A stretch of 64,000 nt of DNA, taken from contig CM075992.1 of assembly GCA_038087875.1 (NCBI GenBank), forward strand, positions 6,634,001-6,698,000. The letters run 5' to 3'. The notes under the pieces are model-generated. The model made no database searches. It was not told the origin of the DNA and worked only from the letters and a program-made list of their open reading frames with translations. This document shows positions 26,676 to 39,659 of the stretch, in pieces. Within the stretch, counting starts at the first letter, position 1. Every line of letters begins with the position of its first letter. Source of the DNA: Malacoraja senta. Taxonomy: Eukaryota. Position numbers and translations under genes: made by a program.

Positions 26676-28197
26676 GTGAGTAAGCAAAGATCCCATCATG
26701 TTAATGCTGGTGAAGAGGCGGCAATTTCGAATCTACAACTGATTCAGATTGTGAAAGTATATATTTTTAAGACAACTAATCGCTAAAATGCAAGCACAGT
26801 GGTTCCAATAGTGCTTTCTGTGATTAATGAGAAGGTACATGCTTAACGAAGTCCAGTAATCTTTATTGTAGCATCAAATCCATTAGCTTTCGGTATCTGC
26901 ACTTTGCATTCAGTGAGATTTGATTCAGGGGATATTTTTTGCTACAATAGAAAAGGATTGTGAACAAGGCTTGAAATCAATCTGCTACGGATGGATTGCT
27001 TGAACCATGGACTACCCTAATATAATAACATTGTTATTTACTGTATTGTGCACTGAAATTGATAATCTCACTTTTCTGCATAAAATTCAATTTGTCATGT
27101 TCTTGCCCATAACTATATTCCCTTAAACCCCTTTTAATCCTCTACCCTGCCTGCATTCCCTCCGAGTTTTGTATCATCAGCAAAATTGTTGATAAAGATT
27201 GTAAATAACTGCATCCCAAGCACCAACTCCTGCAGTACCCACGAGTCACAGCCTGACAATCTGATAAAGATCTGTTTATAAAAACTGGAAATACTCAACA
27301 GCATCTGTGGAAATAGAAACTTTCTTTCCTAGTTCTTGCATAGGGGAACCTTCATCATCTTGTAACGTTAACTGCTTCTCTTTCCAACGCTGCTGCCTGA
27401 CCTGATGAGTGTTTCCAGCATTTTTTGTTTTTATATCAGTTTTCCAGCACCTCCAGGTTTTTTTCATTTCAAAGGACTGTTTATTTCCACTCTTTGCTTT
27501 CTATCTGTTAATCATTTTTTTCCCTTTGCAATTGCATGTGCTTTAATCTCATTCACCAACCTCCTGACTGAGAATTTTATAAAAGCCTTTTGAAAATCCA
27601 AACACATGGCATTCACTGGTTCACTCCTATCAATTTAATTGGCATGGTTAACGCCAAGAACTGGAGTTCTTTAACTCCAGTATATTAGTCAAATATGATT
27701 TTCCTTTCATAAATCCATGCCTACTTTTCAATATATCAATTGTAACATCCTTTTGTCATAGATACCTGCATTTTACCTGCTTTTAATGTTAGACCAACAT
27801 AGGCTGATTTTCTACCCTGACAAATTTCTGTTCATTTAGAAATCTCAATTGAGACAGCTATCAATTTAAAAAACTCAAAGGCGTACAAATTATCTGTCCT
27901 CATATTATCTGTCCTCATAATTGAAATCTCGGCATTATGCTGTATTTCTACCAAGGCCAAATTGTATTTCCTAGCATTTGGTGCTTGAACTGAAAATAGC
28001 GCTCTATTTAAGATCCGACCACTGATTTGTGAAACCATAGCATAAATTTCAATTCTTTTAACGTAATGGTCAACTTTTCAATTACTTTTAATTTGATTAC
28101 TTTGCTGCACATCTAGGTAATAAATATTCAATAATTTGTTTTCATGGATTGCTAAATCTTTTTATTTCACCATTGCTGCTTGTCTCTTTATCATTTA

Positions 28198-28380
28198 GGA
28201 TTTTTTTAATTCATTTTGGGGATTAGGGCATCGCAGGCAAGGCCAGCATTTATTGCCCATCCTTAACTGCTCTGGAGAAGATGTTCGTGAGCTGCTGCCC
28301 TGAACCACTGCGGTCCTTATGGTGAAGGTACTCCACAGTGCTGTTGGGCAGGGAGTTCCAGGATTTAGACCCAGCAACTT
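28198..28380 (-). mobile_element. CR1/L2-type LINE 3' fragment
   Basis: gggcaataaatgctggcc tail motif on the - strand; weaker copies near 16530 and 25800. Confidence 0.55.
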
Positions 28381-28952
28381 GCCATTCTCTGATCTACACA
28401 GATTGTTTTATAATTCCCTGCACTATACCCTTGCTGAGTTTCTCTTTGTTCCTTTGCAATTGCATGTGCTTTAATCTCATTCTGTCCTTATTCAAGCAAA
28501 TTATTGCACGTGCTTTTGCGATCCTTCAGGCCTTCAGGTGATGTAAAGCTGACGCCCCCGTTGCAGATCCTTAGAGAATAACATTTGTTGCATCATATAA
28601 TTCTTGAATGAAGAATTCCAAATGTCATGATTAATTTTGTCATCACCATGTTGGGCATTTTGGTGTCCTGAAGTCTCTGTCACCACTTATTGTAGTGAAA
28701 CCAGTGGATGGGACTTCTAAGAGCTTTGTTAGATGTTAACTTCCAGGTCACTGTGGTATCAGTGTTGATGTTTAAGAGACCATTTATGATGGACTGTCTC
28801 AATTGGAGCATTAATTGCTTCTGGATTACAATTCTGGATCAAATGTCAACACTGGGAAAAAAAGACGTGTTCTATATTTAACTTTTTTGGAAAATGCTAC
28901 TTTGACCATAAAGGAATGGACTGTATTTCAGTCCGTTTTCTCCATGTTACAG

Positions 28953-29068
28953 ACTCAAGCCAATCCAGAAGGTGGAAGGGATGACAAATGGCATGGGAGT
29001 TGGGCAACAGCAGGCTGGTGGCCTGTCAGATATCAGTGCTCAGGTGCAGCAATATCAGCAATTCTTGG
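28953..29068 (+). CDS. RFX1: RFX1 exon (LKPIQKVEGMTNGMGVGQQQAGGLSDISAQVQQYQQFL)
   Basis: ttacag acceptor, G|gtgagt donor; frame-consistent with neighbours. Confidence 0.96.
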
Positions 29069-29734
29069 GTGAGTTACTGGAGTTGATCTACATCCTTTGT
29101 AGCAGGTGCAATGCATAGACTTTGTATTGCAGTGCTATGGTAGTCACGAATGGGAACATAGTAACGCTTTCACCGATTTTCAGCTCATCAGTGAAACCAA
29201 AATCTATTGTCTGACTAATTTATCTGAATGTTGCATTATCTCATTCTTCCCATGGTTTAAACAAATCTTTTTTTTCTTCTTTTTTTACCTTATTTGTATC
29301 TATCTTTTATTTTACTGCTGTGCTGAAGTTTGAGCCTTCCAGAAAATGCTCCATTCATGAGAGATAACCGTGGAGATACAGAATGAGGCATTTGTAATGG
29401 CTTTGAGGCACTTTACTGAAGTATAAAATCATATGCCATATATTTTCATGAACTGCTTAGTAATCTCATTGATATCTATTTGAAGTGAAAATCTACAATA
29501 TAACTTAGTGGATCAAGGAAAGCAGTAGACATCTCTGTTGAGATAATAATAGAGATAGAAGGGGTGGCATGCAAAAGTATGTATTCATCACAGACAAAGG
29601 ACATAATGGATTCCAGAGATGCTGCCTGTCCCGCTGAGTTACTCCAGCATCTTGAGTCTATCTTCGATATAAGGGATTGTTGTCTATGATGCTCTGATGA
29701 TCATCTTTGATGTAAATAATCTGTCCCCTCATTC

Positions 29735-29832
29735 AGTCTGAAGAAGGGTCTCAACCCGAAACGTCGCCTATTCCTTCGCTCCATATATGCACCCTCACCC
29801 GCTGAGTTTCTCCGGCTTTTATGTCTACCTTC
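29735..29832 (+). mobile_element. Penelope-derived terminal repeat with hammerhead-like core
   Basis: CTGAAGA-AGGGTCTCAACCC-GAAACGTC. Confidence 0.65.
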
Positions 29833-30316
29833 TCCCCTTATTAATGTGCTCTGGTTATCAAATTAATAGTTATTCAATCCATTGGAAAATATTTTATCCA
29901 TATTTTTCTTTGAAATGGAGATCAATTTTACATGGCTAGGTCTAACTTTAAGCACCTCCATTTACAATGTCATGCTTATTGACACCTCCATGATCATAAA
30001 TGAATCTTTTTTGGAAATGACCAAAAGCAATGCAGCACAACTCGTACAAACTCTTAATATCTCTTTCCAATTGGATATTTAATCTAATGGTGTGAAAACA
30101 ATTTCTGAATTTTTATATTTGAAATTGACAGGTTCAATTATTGGACTGCTTTAGAACTCAAATATACAACTACAGAACTGTAAAAGTAGCATTCTCACCA
30201 TATTGTTCAAGAGCTTGACAATTGATCGAGTGTGTTCAGATTCTCCTTTTAGAGTTTAGTGATTTGATTGCAAGCATTTTAACTTGTTGCATTCTTCATT
30301 GTGTAATATATTTCAG

Positions 30317-30435
30317 ATGCCTCTCGGGCTCTACCAGAGTTTGTTGAAATTGACTTGCAGGGGAAGACATTACCTGATGGTATCTCCATTGAACACGTCA
30401 AGGCGTTCCAGCACCTTTATCGGGAGCACTGCGAG
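30317..30435 (+). CDS. RFX1: RFX1 exon (DASRALPEFVEIDLQGKTLPDGISIEHVKAFQHLYREHCE)
   Basis: tttcag acceptor, GAG|gtgttg donor; conserved LYREHCE (domain B). Confidence 0.96.
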
Positions 30436-30724
30436 GTGTTGTTATATTCATAATACATCTAATTAAAAGCGCAAGTTTATGTACCAAACATAACACTCAA
30501 AGCTTTTGATTTGTGACATTCTTATATTTTGGGGAGAAGATCTAGATGTAATGAGGATGAAAGCATCACAAATGGAATCAAGGTGGATACAGAAGCTGGA
30601 CAAATGGAGAGCTGAAGGTTATACTATTGAAAGTGCAATAATGGATAAGTAGGGAGACAGCTTTCACCAGGACAGACACAGAAAGAGGGGGTGAGGATAG
30701 GGACAGACAATGTGAGTAGAGACC

Positions 30725-30824
30725 AGTCCTGAAGAAGGGTCTCGACCCGAAACGTCGCCCATTCCTTCTCTCCAGAGATGCTGCCTGACCCGCTGAGTTA
30801 CTCCAGCATTTTGTGTCTATCTTC
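30725..30824 (+). mobile_element. Penelope-derived terminal repeat with intact hammerhead-like core
   Basis: CTGAAGA (30729)-A-GGGTC-TC-GACCC-GAAACGTC (30749-30756). Confidence 0.7.
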
Positions 30825-31428
30825 AAGGTAGTGGTTCTTTGATTGAGATAATGGGAGCACTGAGGTCAGGTGAAATGGCAAGTTCAAGCAAGTGTTTAAG
30901 AATATGAGTTGGGAACGAATAAGAGCTAATGAAGATAAGAAAATCGAGGGCAAGGTGCATAAAATGGTGGTTGCAATTACCAGTGATTGGAAACATTGCT
31001 TGGTGCAAAGGCTGAGGAGGAAATTAGTATAAGATAGCTTTGTGAGAAGATTATCATACTTGGATGTGTGTTCAAGAGTTTTACATTATCGACAAAAGGG
31101 TTAGAAGAAAGTGAGATAATTAAAGGATGAGAAAGTACCATTGGTGTATGCGAAAGACTAAAGTATGATTTACTAAAATATGTGTCAAGGCCATGATATC
31201 CATGCCATCATCAACAAGAATGTTCTGGATGACAAGTTTGGTACGTTCTCAGATAAGATTTTCACCTAAAATAAATAAATAATATTTTTACTAATAATTC
31301 TAGATAAAATAAATACATTTCTAATTTGTCAATGCTATTACAAACTGGTTTATTTTGTAGGATGTAATATTTTTGTCTTAAATGTTTTAGCCAAACATTT
31401 CTAATCCACTCTCATTTAATTCCTACAG

Positions 31429-31538
31429 GCGATCTTGGATGTGATGGTAAACTTGCAGTTTACTTTGGTTGAAACCTTGTGGAAGACATTTTGGCGATTC
31501 AATTCTTCCCAGTCCAGTGATGGCTCAGGACTATCAGT
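31429..31538 (+). CDS. RFX1: RFX1 exon (AILDVMVNLQFTLVETLWKTFWRFNSSQSSDGSGLS)
   Basis: ctacag acceptor, GT|gtgagt donor; conserved NLQF..VE.LW.TFWR. Confidence 0.96.
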
Positions 31539-31702
31539 GTGAGTGACAACAAAACAATGTTCAGAAGTGTGGAACTCATAAAATATGGGTGGAAAAGCGC
31601 CTGGTCTTAACATGCAAATCATTGGAGAGTGGTGAGGTATTGTTTTAGATTAGAATGATAAAATAAAGGCTTCAAAATTTTCTTTAATTTAATTTTCTCT
31701 CG

Positions 31703-32028
31703 GTTTTAGTTTATCTTAGTTTAGAGATACAGCGTGGAAACAGGCCCTTCGGCCCACTGGGTCCGCACCGATCAGTGACCCCCCCCCCCCCCCACACACA
31801 CATTAACACTATCCTACACAGACTAGGGACAATTTTACACATACACCAAGCCAATTAACCTACAAACCTGTACGTCTTCGGAGTGTGGGAGGAAACTGAA
31901 GATCTTGGAGAACACCCACGCGGGTCACGGGGAGAACGTACAAACTCCGTACAGACAGCACCCGTAGTCAGGATCGAACCGGGGTCTCCAGTGCTGCAAG
32001 CGCTGTAAGGCAGCAACTCTACCGCTAC
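31703..32028 (-). mobile_element. HE1-like V-SINE, near full length
   Basis: Reverse complement of the 25996-26310 subfamily. Confidence 0.9.
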
Positions 32029-32431
32029 TCAGTGAGAAAAAATGTTTGCCCAGTGAGAATACTTTTTCTCTTAAGAAAACAAATGCCCAGAAATTCCTTC
32101 ACAGTCACAATATCAACATCAGTCGAAGCAGAGTACAACACTCCGATATGGCTAAGTAGCTAATTTACTATCTAAATAGCTAAACAAAAATACATTTCGA
32201 GGCAACAGTACCTTCAATTGGATAGAGCTGGTACTTTATATCCAGTTTCAGAGTTCATTCAGAGGAATAAAAATAAAACCTAAAGCTACTGAAAACAAAC
32301 GGGTCAATACTTTTTTTGCATCCATGATTTGCTTTTGAGAATGTGTTGAATGATTTTAGCATCAAAAGTGAAACGAAGGATTATTGTGTGCTTGTTAGAA
32401 TTGTCCCATGTCTTTGCTTTCTTTTTTGCAG

Positions 32432-32583
32432 TCATGATGAAGCTGAGAAACGCCTCCCTAAGTCATGCCTTGTTGTCCTCTGTAAGTATGAGCCTTCCCT
32501 GAAGTGGACGAAATACTGTGATAACATGCTTTACCAAGGTCTGGTGGAGATCCTAATCCCAGATGTCTTGCGGCCTATCCCGA
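32432..32583 (+). CDS. RFX1: RFX1 exon (HDEAEKRLPKSCLVVLCKYEPSLKWTKYCDNMLYQGLVEILIPDVLRPIP)
   Basis: ttgcag acceptor, A|gtaagt donor; conserved domain C. Confidence 0.97.
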
Positions 32584-32707
32584 GTAAGTATTTTCAGGAA
32601 AGATTCATTTGTAAAAAAAAAATTTTAAGATTCTGATTGGAGTTTTGTGGTTCGGAAGCCACTGTGCACGATGAAATGTTGATTAACTTCAGTTCATTCA
32701 TTTCCAG

Positions 32708-32805
32708 GTGCCTTGACTCAAGCAATTCGGAATTTTGCAAAAAGTTTGGAAAGCTGGTTAACCAATGCTATGATGAATGTCCCTGAAGAAATGGTTCGTG
32801 TGAAG
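32708..32805 (+). CDS. RFX1: RFX1 exon (SALTQAIRNFAKSLESWLTNAMMNVPEEMVRVK)
   Basis: ttccag acceptor, AAG|gtaagt donor. Confidence 0.97.
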
Positions 32806-33217
32806 GTAAGTTTTTCTGAGATCTCTCTTGTGTAATGTAATGCAAAAGAAAAGGAGGTTAAATCTCAGTTTATCAGTTAAGTAATTAATGATATGGATGT
32901 AGATTATAAACTCCTGATTTATGAACACACCTACATATGATCCAACTCCCATCATATTATTAAATTCCCCCCAAATCCAAAGTCTGCACACATCATTTCT
33001 ATGAATAGCCGAACTTGTTTCCTCTCCCATCACTTTTAGTATTTAATTTATCATTCTTTTCAATCTTGTATGTTTTTGAAGCCATTCATTAAACTGCGTT
33101 GCTTACCACATTGAGAGTTTTGTGGATTTTTAAATATCAACTAATGGATGTCTGTAAAAAATGGAAACCGTTTGTTATCCAGCTTCAGACGTTGCTATTC
33201 ATTTTTAACTTTTGCAG

Positions 33218-33367
33218 GTGGCAGCAGCAAGTGCCTTTGCACAGACTTTGAGGCGCTACACATCGTTAAACCATCTTGCTCAGGCAGCCCGTGCTGTCTT
33301 ACAGAATACTGCGCAGATTAACCAGATGCTGAGTGATCTAAACCGAGTAGATTTTGCAAATGTTCAG
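33218..33367 (+). CDS. RFX1: RFX1 dimerization-domain exon (VAAASAFAQTLRRYTSLNHLAQAARAVLQNTAQINQMLSDLNRVDFANVQ)
   Basis: ttgcag acceptor, CAG|gtaatt donor; 150 bp. Confidence 0.98.
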
Positions 33368-33539
33368 GTAATTAGCATTGCATCAAATGCAAGATTTGTG
33401 TTCGACCTTAGCATAGCTAAGAGAATCTCGTATGGTCTTAAGTGTGCCTAGTTTGGGTAGACCTCGTATCCCATTGACTCCTGTTGGGTGAGGCGTGTAG
33501 ATATGGCAAAGTTTAATCAAGTCTTATATCCAATGATAA

Positions 33540-33825
33540 ATACTGTTTTTCCCTGGGTTGGGGAAACAAGCACTAAAGTGTACAGGATTAAGGTGAGAGG
33601 GAAAACCTGAGGGGCATTTTTTTCACAATGAGGGTGAATGCGCTGCCAGAGGAGGTAGTTGAGGCAGGTACTATCACAACATTGAAAAGACATTTGGACA
33701 GGTACATGGAAAGGAATGATTTAGAAGGATACTATCCAAACATGGGAAAATAGTACTAACTTGGATGGGGCATCTTGGTTGGCATGCACAATTTGGGCCG
33801 TAGGGTCTGTTTCCATACTGTATAA
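33540..33825 (+). mobile_element. CR1 (HER1-like) 3' fragment
   Basis: Similar to 18975-19282 in opposite orientation. Confidence 0.7.
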
Positions 33826-33851
33826 CCGCAAGTATCAATAGAAGCCATTGC

Positions 33852-34060
33852 AGTAACTCAATGGTCCAGGCAGCATCTCTGGTGATGTTTCAGATCAGGA
33901 CACTTCTTCATACATCTCATCTTCAGTCGTAAGAAGGGTACTGGCCCAAAACGTCATCTATCCATGTTCTCCAGGGATCCTGCCTGACCTGCTGAGTTAC
34001 TCCAGCACTTTCTGTGTGTTTTTTGTTAACCACCCTCCATACAGTTCCTTGTTTCTACAT
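33852..34060. mobile_element. Inverted pair of Penelope-derived terminal repeats
   Basis: Head-to-head partial copies; similar arrangements at 49670-49865 and 61975-62160. Confidence 0.6.
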
Positions 34061-34380
34061 TCTTAATATAGAAGCTGTGTTTTTCAGGGAGGATGGTGTC
34101 TGGTTACTGGGGGGTGGGGGAAGGTACATGGAAGCAGAGATAGCTTTTCTTCTGTTTGTCAATTTCCAGAGCTTAATAACTCTTAATAAGTCAATAACTC
34201 TTTAGTGGTTCTCTAGTTCAGGATCAAAATTGTGTTATAACCAATTATGCTCACATAATCCAGATAGCATTCACTAATTCATCACTCACATTGTGTCCAA
34301 CCAGTGTTCTGGGAACACATGAGAAGTACCTGTAGTTCGTGAGCAGATTTACATAACAATGTCGTATTGTTTTTTGCTAG

Positions 34381-34589
34381 GAGCAAGCCTCATGGGTGTG
34401 TCGTTGTGAGGATGGTATAGTGCAAAGGCTGGAGCAGGACTTTAAGATGACTTTGCAGCAGCAGAACTCCCTGGAGCAATGGGCATCTTGGTTAGACAGC
34501 GTGGTGACCCAGGTCCTCAAACCATATCATGGTTGCCCCAGTTTCCCCAAAGCAGCCAAACAATTCCTTCTCAAGTGGTCTTTCTACAG
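34381..34589 (+). CDS. RFX1: RFX1 dimerization-domain exon (EQASWVCRCEDGIVQRLEQDFK...AAKQFLLKWSFY)
   Basis: gctag acceptor, AG|gtgggt donor. Confidence 0.97.
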
Positions 34590-35995
34590 GTGGGTTTTAT
34601 ACTGCTTATCTCCTCAGAGCAAACTATTGTGATCTAATTAAGAGGGTCGATAAGTCATGAAGAACCAGCTAGCCATTTGTGTTATTTAAATTGGAATATA
34701 TCATCTATGCACTTCAGTTACATGAAACAAAATGTTCTTTTTTTATCCCACTTCTTGTCGAGTCCACACATAAGATTAGAAGTTGATCAGCCAGAGCTGA
34801 ACACATGTCTCGGCATCTGCATACAATGGTGTCTGTCTTGCGCTTCTTGTGCGTGGTGGTGGAAAGATTAGTGGAAACAGGGCCGCGACGTGAACGCTCT
34901 TTCCTTGACCTCTTTTTTTATCCTGTATAGTTTTGTTTCACATATAGCATTCAAAGCAGAGAAGCGTTGGTGAATAAATTTCAAAGACTTTGTGAAGTCT
35001 TAGCCGTGTGAGCAAAAGCAGACAATTAGGTTTATATCGCTGCACTCAGTGTCGAAAGATGGTGCTGCAGCATGCACAAAGATTCTTCTTGAAAGATCAC
35101 CATTCTATCAGCATATTTATTAGGTGGCAGTAAATATGTTGCCTCACGTTTAATAATACTGACCCTCAGCTGTAAATGTGTAATGACAGGTGCCATTTTA
35201 TGGACACAAGTTTATGGTTTGGAAAAGTAGACATGAATTTAAAAGCTTTCATTCAAGACTTGGGATACCTCCTGAGTTCTTCACAAGCAATTGATGATTA
35301 AAGTGTAGTCACTTATTCCATAATTAGAACAAAATGCATGCAAAATTTGATCTGACTTTCAATGATCTTTAGTTATTCTTCTTTCTGGTATCGTCCTTGC
35401 ACTGCTGAAGCTCAACACCCAAAAGGAGCAGGAATCCTACAAGGGATGACATCGCAATATGCTTTAATATCATGACAGTAATAGTTATATTTCATTAACT
35501 CTACAACCCACATGCAGTTTAAAGGGGAAAATATTTGAGTCCTTTTTCTTCAGGAAAAGAAAACATTCCACAGTCCATGCTACTCTATAAAGCCAGAAAA
35601 TTCTCAGTAGATCAGACAGAATCTGAGGAGTGGAACGCTGTCAATATTTCAGTTTGATTTTTATTTCACTGGTTGCCCCATCTTTATTATTACATCACCT
35701 GTTTTGTTTTGTTTTTTAATTGAAAAAGCCAGCACTCTGAAACTTGGATCCCTCTTCACTTACAAATGAAATTCCGCGTATTTTGCAAAACATACTTAGC
35801 TAATAAAGTATTGTATTGTAGTAAAAAATACAGTTATTTTTTGCCATTTATCCACCTGATACATTGCTTTTCTTTTATCAAGGCGAGAATGATAGGGGAT
35901 ACTTAAGGGCTTCAAAAATAAATAATTTAAGACTGTGTTCCAAGTTTAAACATGTATAAAGGGATTGCAGAAACAGCTTCTCTTCTATTTCCTAG

Positions 35996-36149
35996 TTCAA
36001 TGGTGATTCGGGATTTGACTTTAAGGAGTGCAGCAAGTTTTGGGTCTTTTCATCTCATTCGCCTTCTGTATGATGAATACATGTACTATTTGATAGAACA
36101 CCGAGTGGCTCAGGCAAAGGGAGAAACACCCATTGCTGTCATGGGTGAG
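35996..36149 (+). CDS. RFX1: RFX1 dimerization-domain exon (SMVIRDLTLRSAASFGSFHLIRLLYDEYMYYLIEHRVAQAKGETPIAVMGE)
   Basis: cctag acceptor, GAG|gtaagt donor. Confidence 0.98.
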
Positions 36150-37474
36150 GTAAGTCTATATGTGTCTCCCTGTCAATTTGCAATTGCACATATGTATGTG
36201 TTATTTTTTACCTGCATGCTGAGTACAGTCATTGTAAATGTTTGCTACAATTTGTACAGCTGCCACCTATTGTTGACATAATGTGCACTTTTCCAATTCC
36301 ATACATAATGAGCAACTATTCCAAGTTGTGAAAGCACTAAACAATCTAATTTATAAACAAGGAAATACCCTTTTAAATTTGTAGAAAATTAAATATCCAT
36401 CAGTGTGTGTTTTTACCGAATATATTCAGCCAGCAGAATCTTCAAATATCATCTTTCTGAAATGTATGATAAAAGCATTTATTAGACATTCAATTATATC
36501 ATTTGTGTCAAAATCTTATGTAGAACAGAGTCCGACTGAGCTAAATTTAAATATTTACTCGAAAAAGCAGAGCGGTAGAGCAGATGTGATGTATTGTGGT
36601 GATGTAAATTAGCGTAGTATTGTAACATACATACCTTGCATCTGTTCTGTCATGCCCATATCTATTCTGGTGGCAAATTGATTACAAAACAGTGGCCTGA
36701 GTTAGATGATGATAACCATGTGAACTAGTTGAATTGGAGAATGGATAATCCAATACTTTCCACTTTGTTGGTCTTACTGAATGACATTTGACAAGACAAT
36801 AGGATTAAGATTTTACATACCTTTTAAGCTATTTTGTAGTGGGTTGTGGATCATGTATGAGTTTACAACTATGCTCTTATTTTTAATTTTATTAAAAGGA
36901 TTTTTAAATACAGAGGAAAATATTGAGTTATAAGGATTCTTAGATATGTGGGTTAACAATGAGAACATAACTTGATTTTTGGTTCAAAATTATTAAATGC
37001 AGATATACTCTAAATAATGAAGCAGTAGCCTTTATAAGCAAAATGTTCAGTCAACATTGAATATTTTTTAAGGGTCAGTAGTGAAAACAGCTGGCATCTT
37101 TAAAGTTTATTTTGTTGAAGTGATAAATATGTGGAACATTGATCCAGAAATTTCTTGAAAAATGACGTGTTTTCAGTCAAATCAATGTAAATATTACTCT
37201 AATTTGTGATGAGAAAGATATAGTACAAATTACAAATCGGTGTACATTGCCGGACATAGTTTGGCTGTTTCCTAGTTTGCCTCACAATGTCACCATGTTA
37301 TAAGAAATGGCTGCATTTGTGACCTAAATAGTGAAAACCTGGCCACTACCGATACTTCAGCAGCACAATAATGAATCTAATTAATTTCATATTTATACTC
37401 CTGCAATCCCAGAACCTTGGGCATTCAGAAAGAGAAAAACTAAATGATGAGGAGTTATTCTTTATGCAAATGTG

Positions 37475-37695
37475 GGTGGCACAGTGGCGCAGCGGTAGAT
37501 TTGCTGTCTTACAGCACCAGAGTCCTGGGTTTGATCTTGTCTGCTAGTGGTGTCTGTATGATGTTTGTACGTTCTCCCTGTGGGTTTTCTCCGGGTGCTC
37601 TGAATTCCTCCCACACTCCAAAGGTGTACAGGCATGTAGGTTAGGTAGGTTAATTAACTTCCGAAAATTGTAAGGGCCTGTTTCTGCACTAAAGC
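37475..37695 (+). mobile_element. HE1-like V-SINE, internally deleted
   Basis: Family similarity. Confidence 0.75.
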
Positions 37696-38865
37696 TGAAA
37701 ATCTAAAAGTTGTTCCCAAAGGTTTTCAAAGTTTAAATGTAATGTTTTGCTGCCTTTTCTTTCTGAGTCTTTAGTTTTCAATCGCTTTCTGGTTCCCCTT
37801 TAATATCTAGTTTGACGGTTATCATTATTTTTCATGCTTTGCTCTGCTTTCTCTATCTTTAATTCTCCTTGGTTAAGGCAATGTGTCCCATGTGTCCCAG
37901 AGCTGCCATGCTGCCATCAGCTCACATGGAAGCAGTTTGTCCAATAAAAGTAATTAGAACTGAATGCCGAGAAAAAAAATCTAGCTTGTGGCTAGATTGC
38001 CTCAACAATTCTGCGCCTATGGAGCAAGTCGAAGTCACTTACTAAACATGTAAAACAAGAAAATCCTAAGTCAACAAAACAACTGAATAGATGTTTATCT
38101 TCCAATCAGCAGTCGTTCCAAATGCTGTTGTTTCCAAAATTGCCAAACTCACTACACATGATAATTAAATATCAATTGGCTGTGGAGAAAAGGAAATGTT
38201 GTGGTGACTGAGCAGCAAAGGTGGATCTTATTAGATTTGAGCTTATCAGATTTTCCCGCCGCTTATCAGATTCTCTTCGTCCCTTCCACTTCTGTCTCTT
38301 CCCCTTGTCCCTCTCATCCTTCCTCCTTCCCCCAGTTTAAGCGAAAAAGTATCCTTCAGGAAATATGCTTCAAGTGTGGCTATCGGGTTAAAGACAATTA
38401 TTATCTCAAAAACCTATAATATCGGCAAATAAGCATTGAGACTGTGGATTGCGAACATTTCAGAATTCAGTAAAAGAAGACCAGGACATTGTTAAAGAAA
38501 GAATAATGGAACAGTTACCCAGCCAGAAACATAAAGAAAATAGTATAAAACCCCCCACCTTTCATCTTCAGCGTGAAATGTTAACTGTTTCTCTTTCCGC
38601 AGATGCTGTCTGACCTGCTGAGTGTGACCAGCATTTTCTGTGTTGTCCACTTTTGTTCTGGCAGCTTAATTAAAACAAGGGAGTCAACAATCAGCTTCAT
38701 TCTATTTTATGCATTAGAAGATAGCAGTTGCGATGCTTACGTCCTTCAGCTGCTTGTTGTCAGTCAAACATGCTAATATTTAAGCTGCTGGTTCATATCT
38801 CTTCAACCATTATATTATAGCAATGCAATAAAGTCAAACTAATATTTTTTTTCTTTGCATTCCAG

Positions 38866-38911
38866 TTTGCTGATCTTGGGCGGGCTTTAAACCCTCTGGA
38901 CCCTGACAAAG
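38866..38911 (+). CDS. RFX1: RFX1 small exon (FADLGRALNPLDPDK)
   Basis: ttccag acceptor, G|gttagt donor; 46 bp; matches RFX1 'LNPLDPDK'. Confidence 0.92.
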
Positions 38912-39137
38912 GTTAGTACAGTAACTGAGCACAAAATAACTTAACGCCTCCACAGTTTTCTATTACAGCTGGGTTTATGGCACTGGAAGAAAATTCTTTG
39001 AGGTGAAAGTAAATATTTAATAAAATGCAGTATTGTCATTCACCAGAAATGATCCTCGCTTGGCTCAGTTTAAAGATTGGCTTCTAAACTTACCCTGATG
39101 TGGTCACATCTAGCGTCAGTGCATTCCTCAGCAAAGT

Positions 39138-39436
39138 CGTGGTGGCACAGCGGTAGAGTTGCTACCTTACAGCGAATGCAGCGCAGGAGACCCGGATTCA
39201 ATCCCGACTACGGGTGCTGTCTGTACGGAGTGTTTCCGTTCTCCCCGTGACCTGCGTGGGTTTTCTCCGAGATCTTTGTTTTCCTCCCACATTCCAAAGA
39301 CGTACAGGTTTGTAGGTTAATTGGCTCGGTAAATGTAAAAATTGTCCCGAGTGTTAATGTGTGGGGATCGGTGGTCGGCGCGGACCCGGTGGGCCGAAGG
39401 TCCTGTTTCTGTGCTGTATCTCTAAACTAAACTAAA
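39138..39436 (+). mobile_element. HE1-like V-SINE, full length
   Basis: Family similarity. Confidence 0.9.
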
Positions 39437-39659
39437 AAAATAATAAATAAATGGTCTTGGATCTTAGAGCATGCCGGTTTGGCGTACTCTGGCAGGGACA
39501 ATACCTTTCACTGCAAGACCAGTGAAGTTCAACTCCTCAAGTTCAGTGAAGAGGGCATGGGGGTTCTTTATCAATATGTGGATTATTTCAGTGCATATCC
39601 CTGGGGAGGGAGCCAATGGAGAGTTGGGTTGTGCACCTGATCAGGACGAATATCAACAA

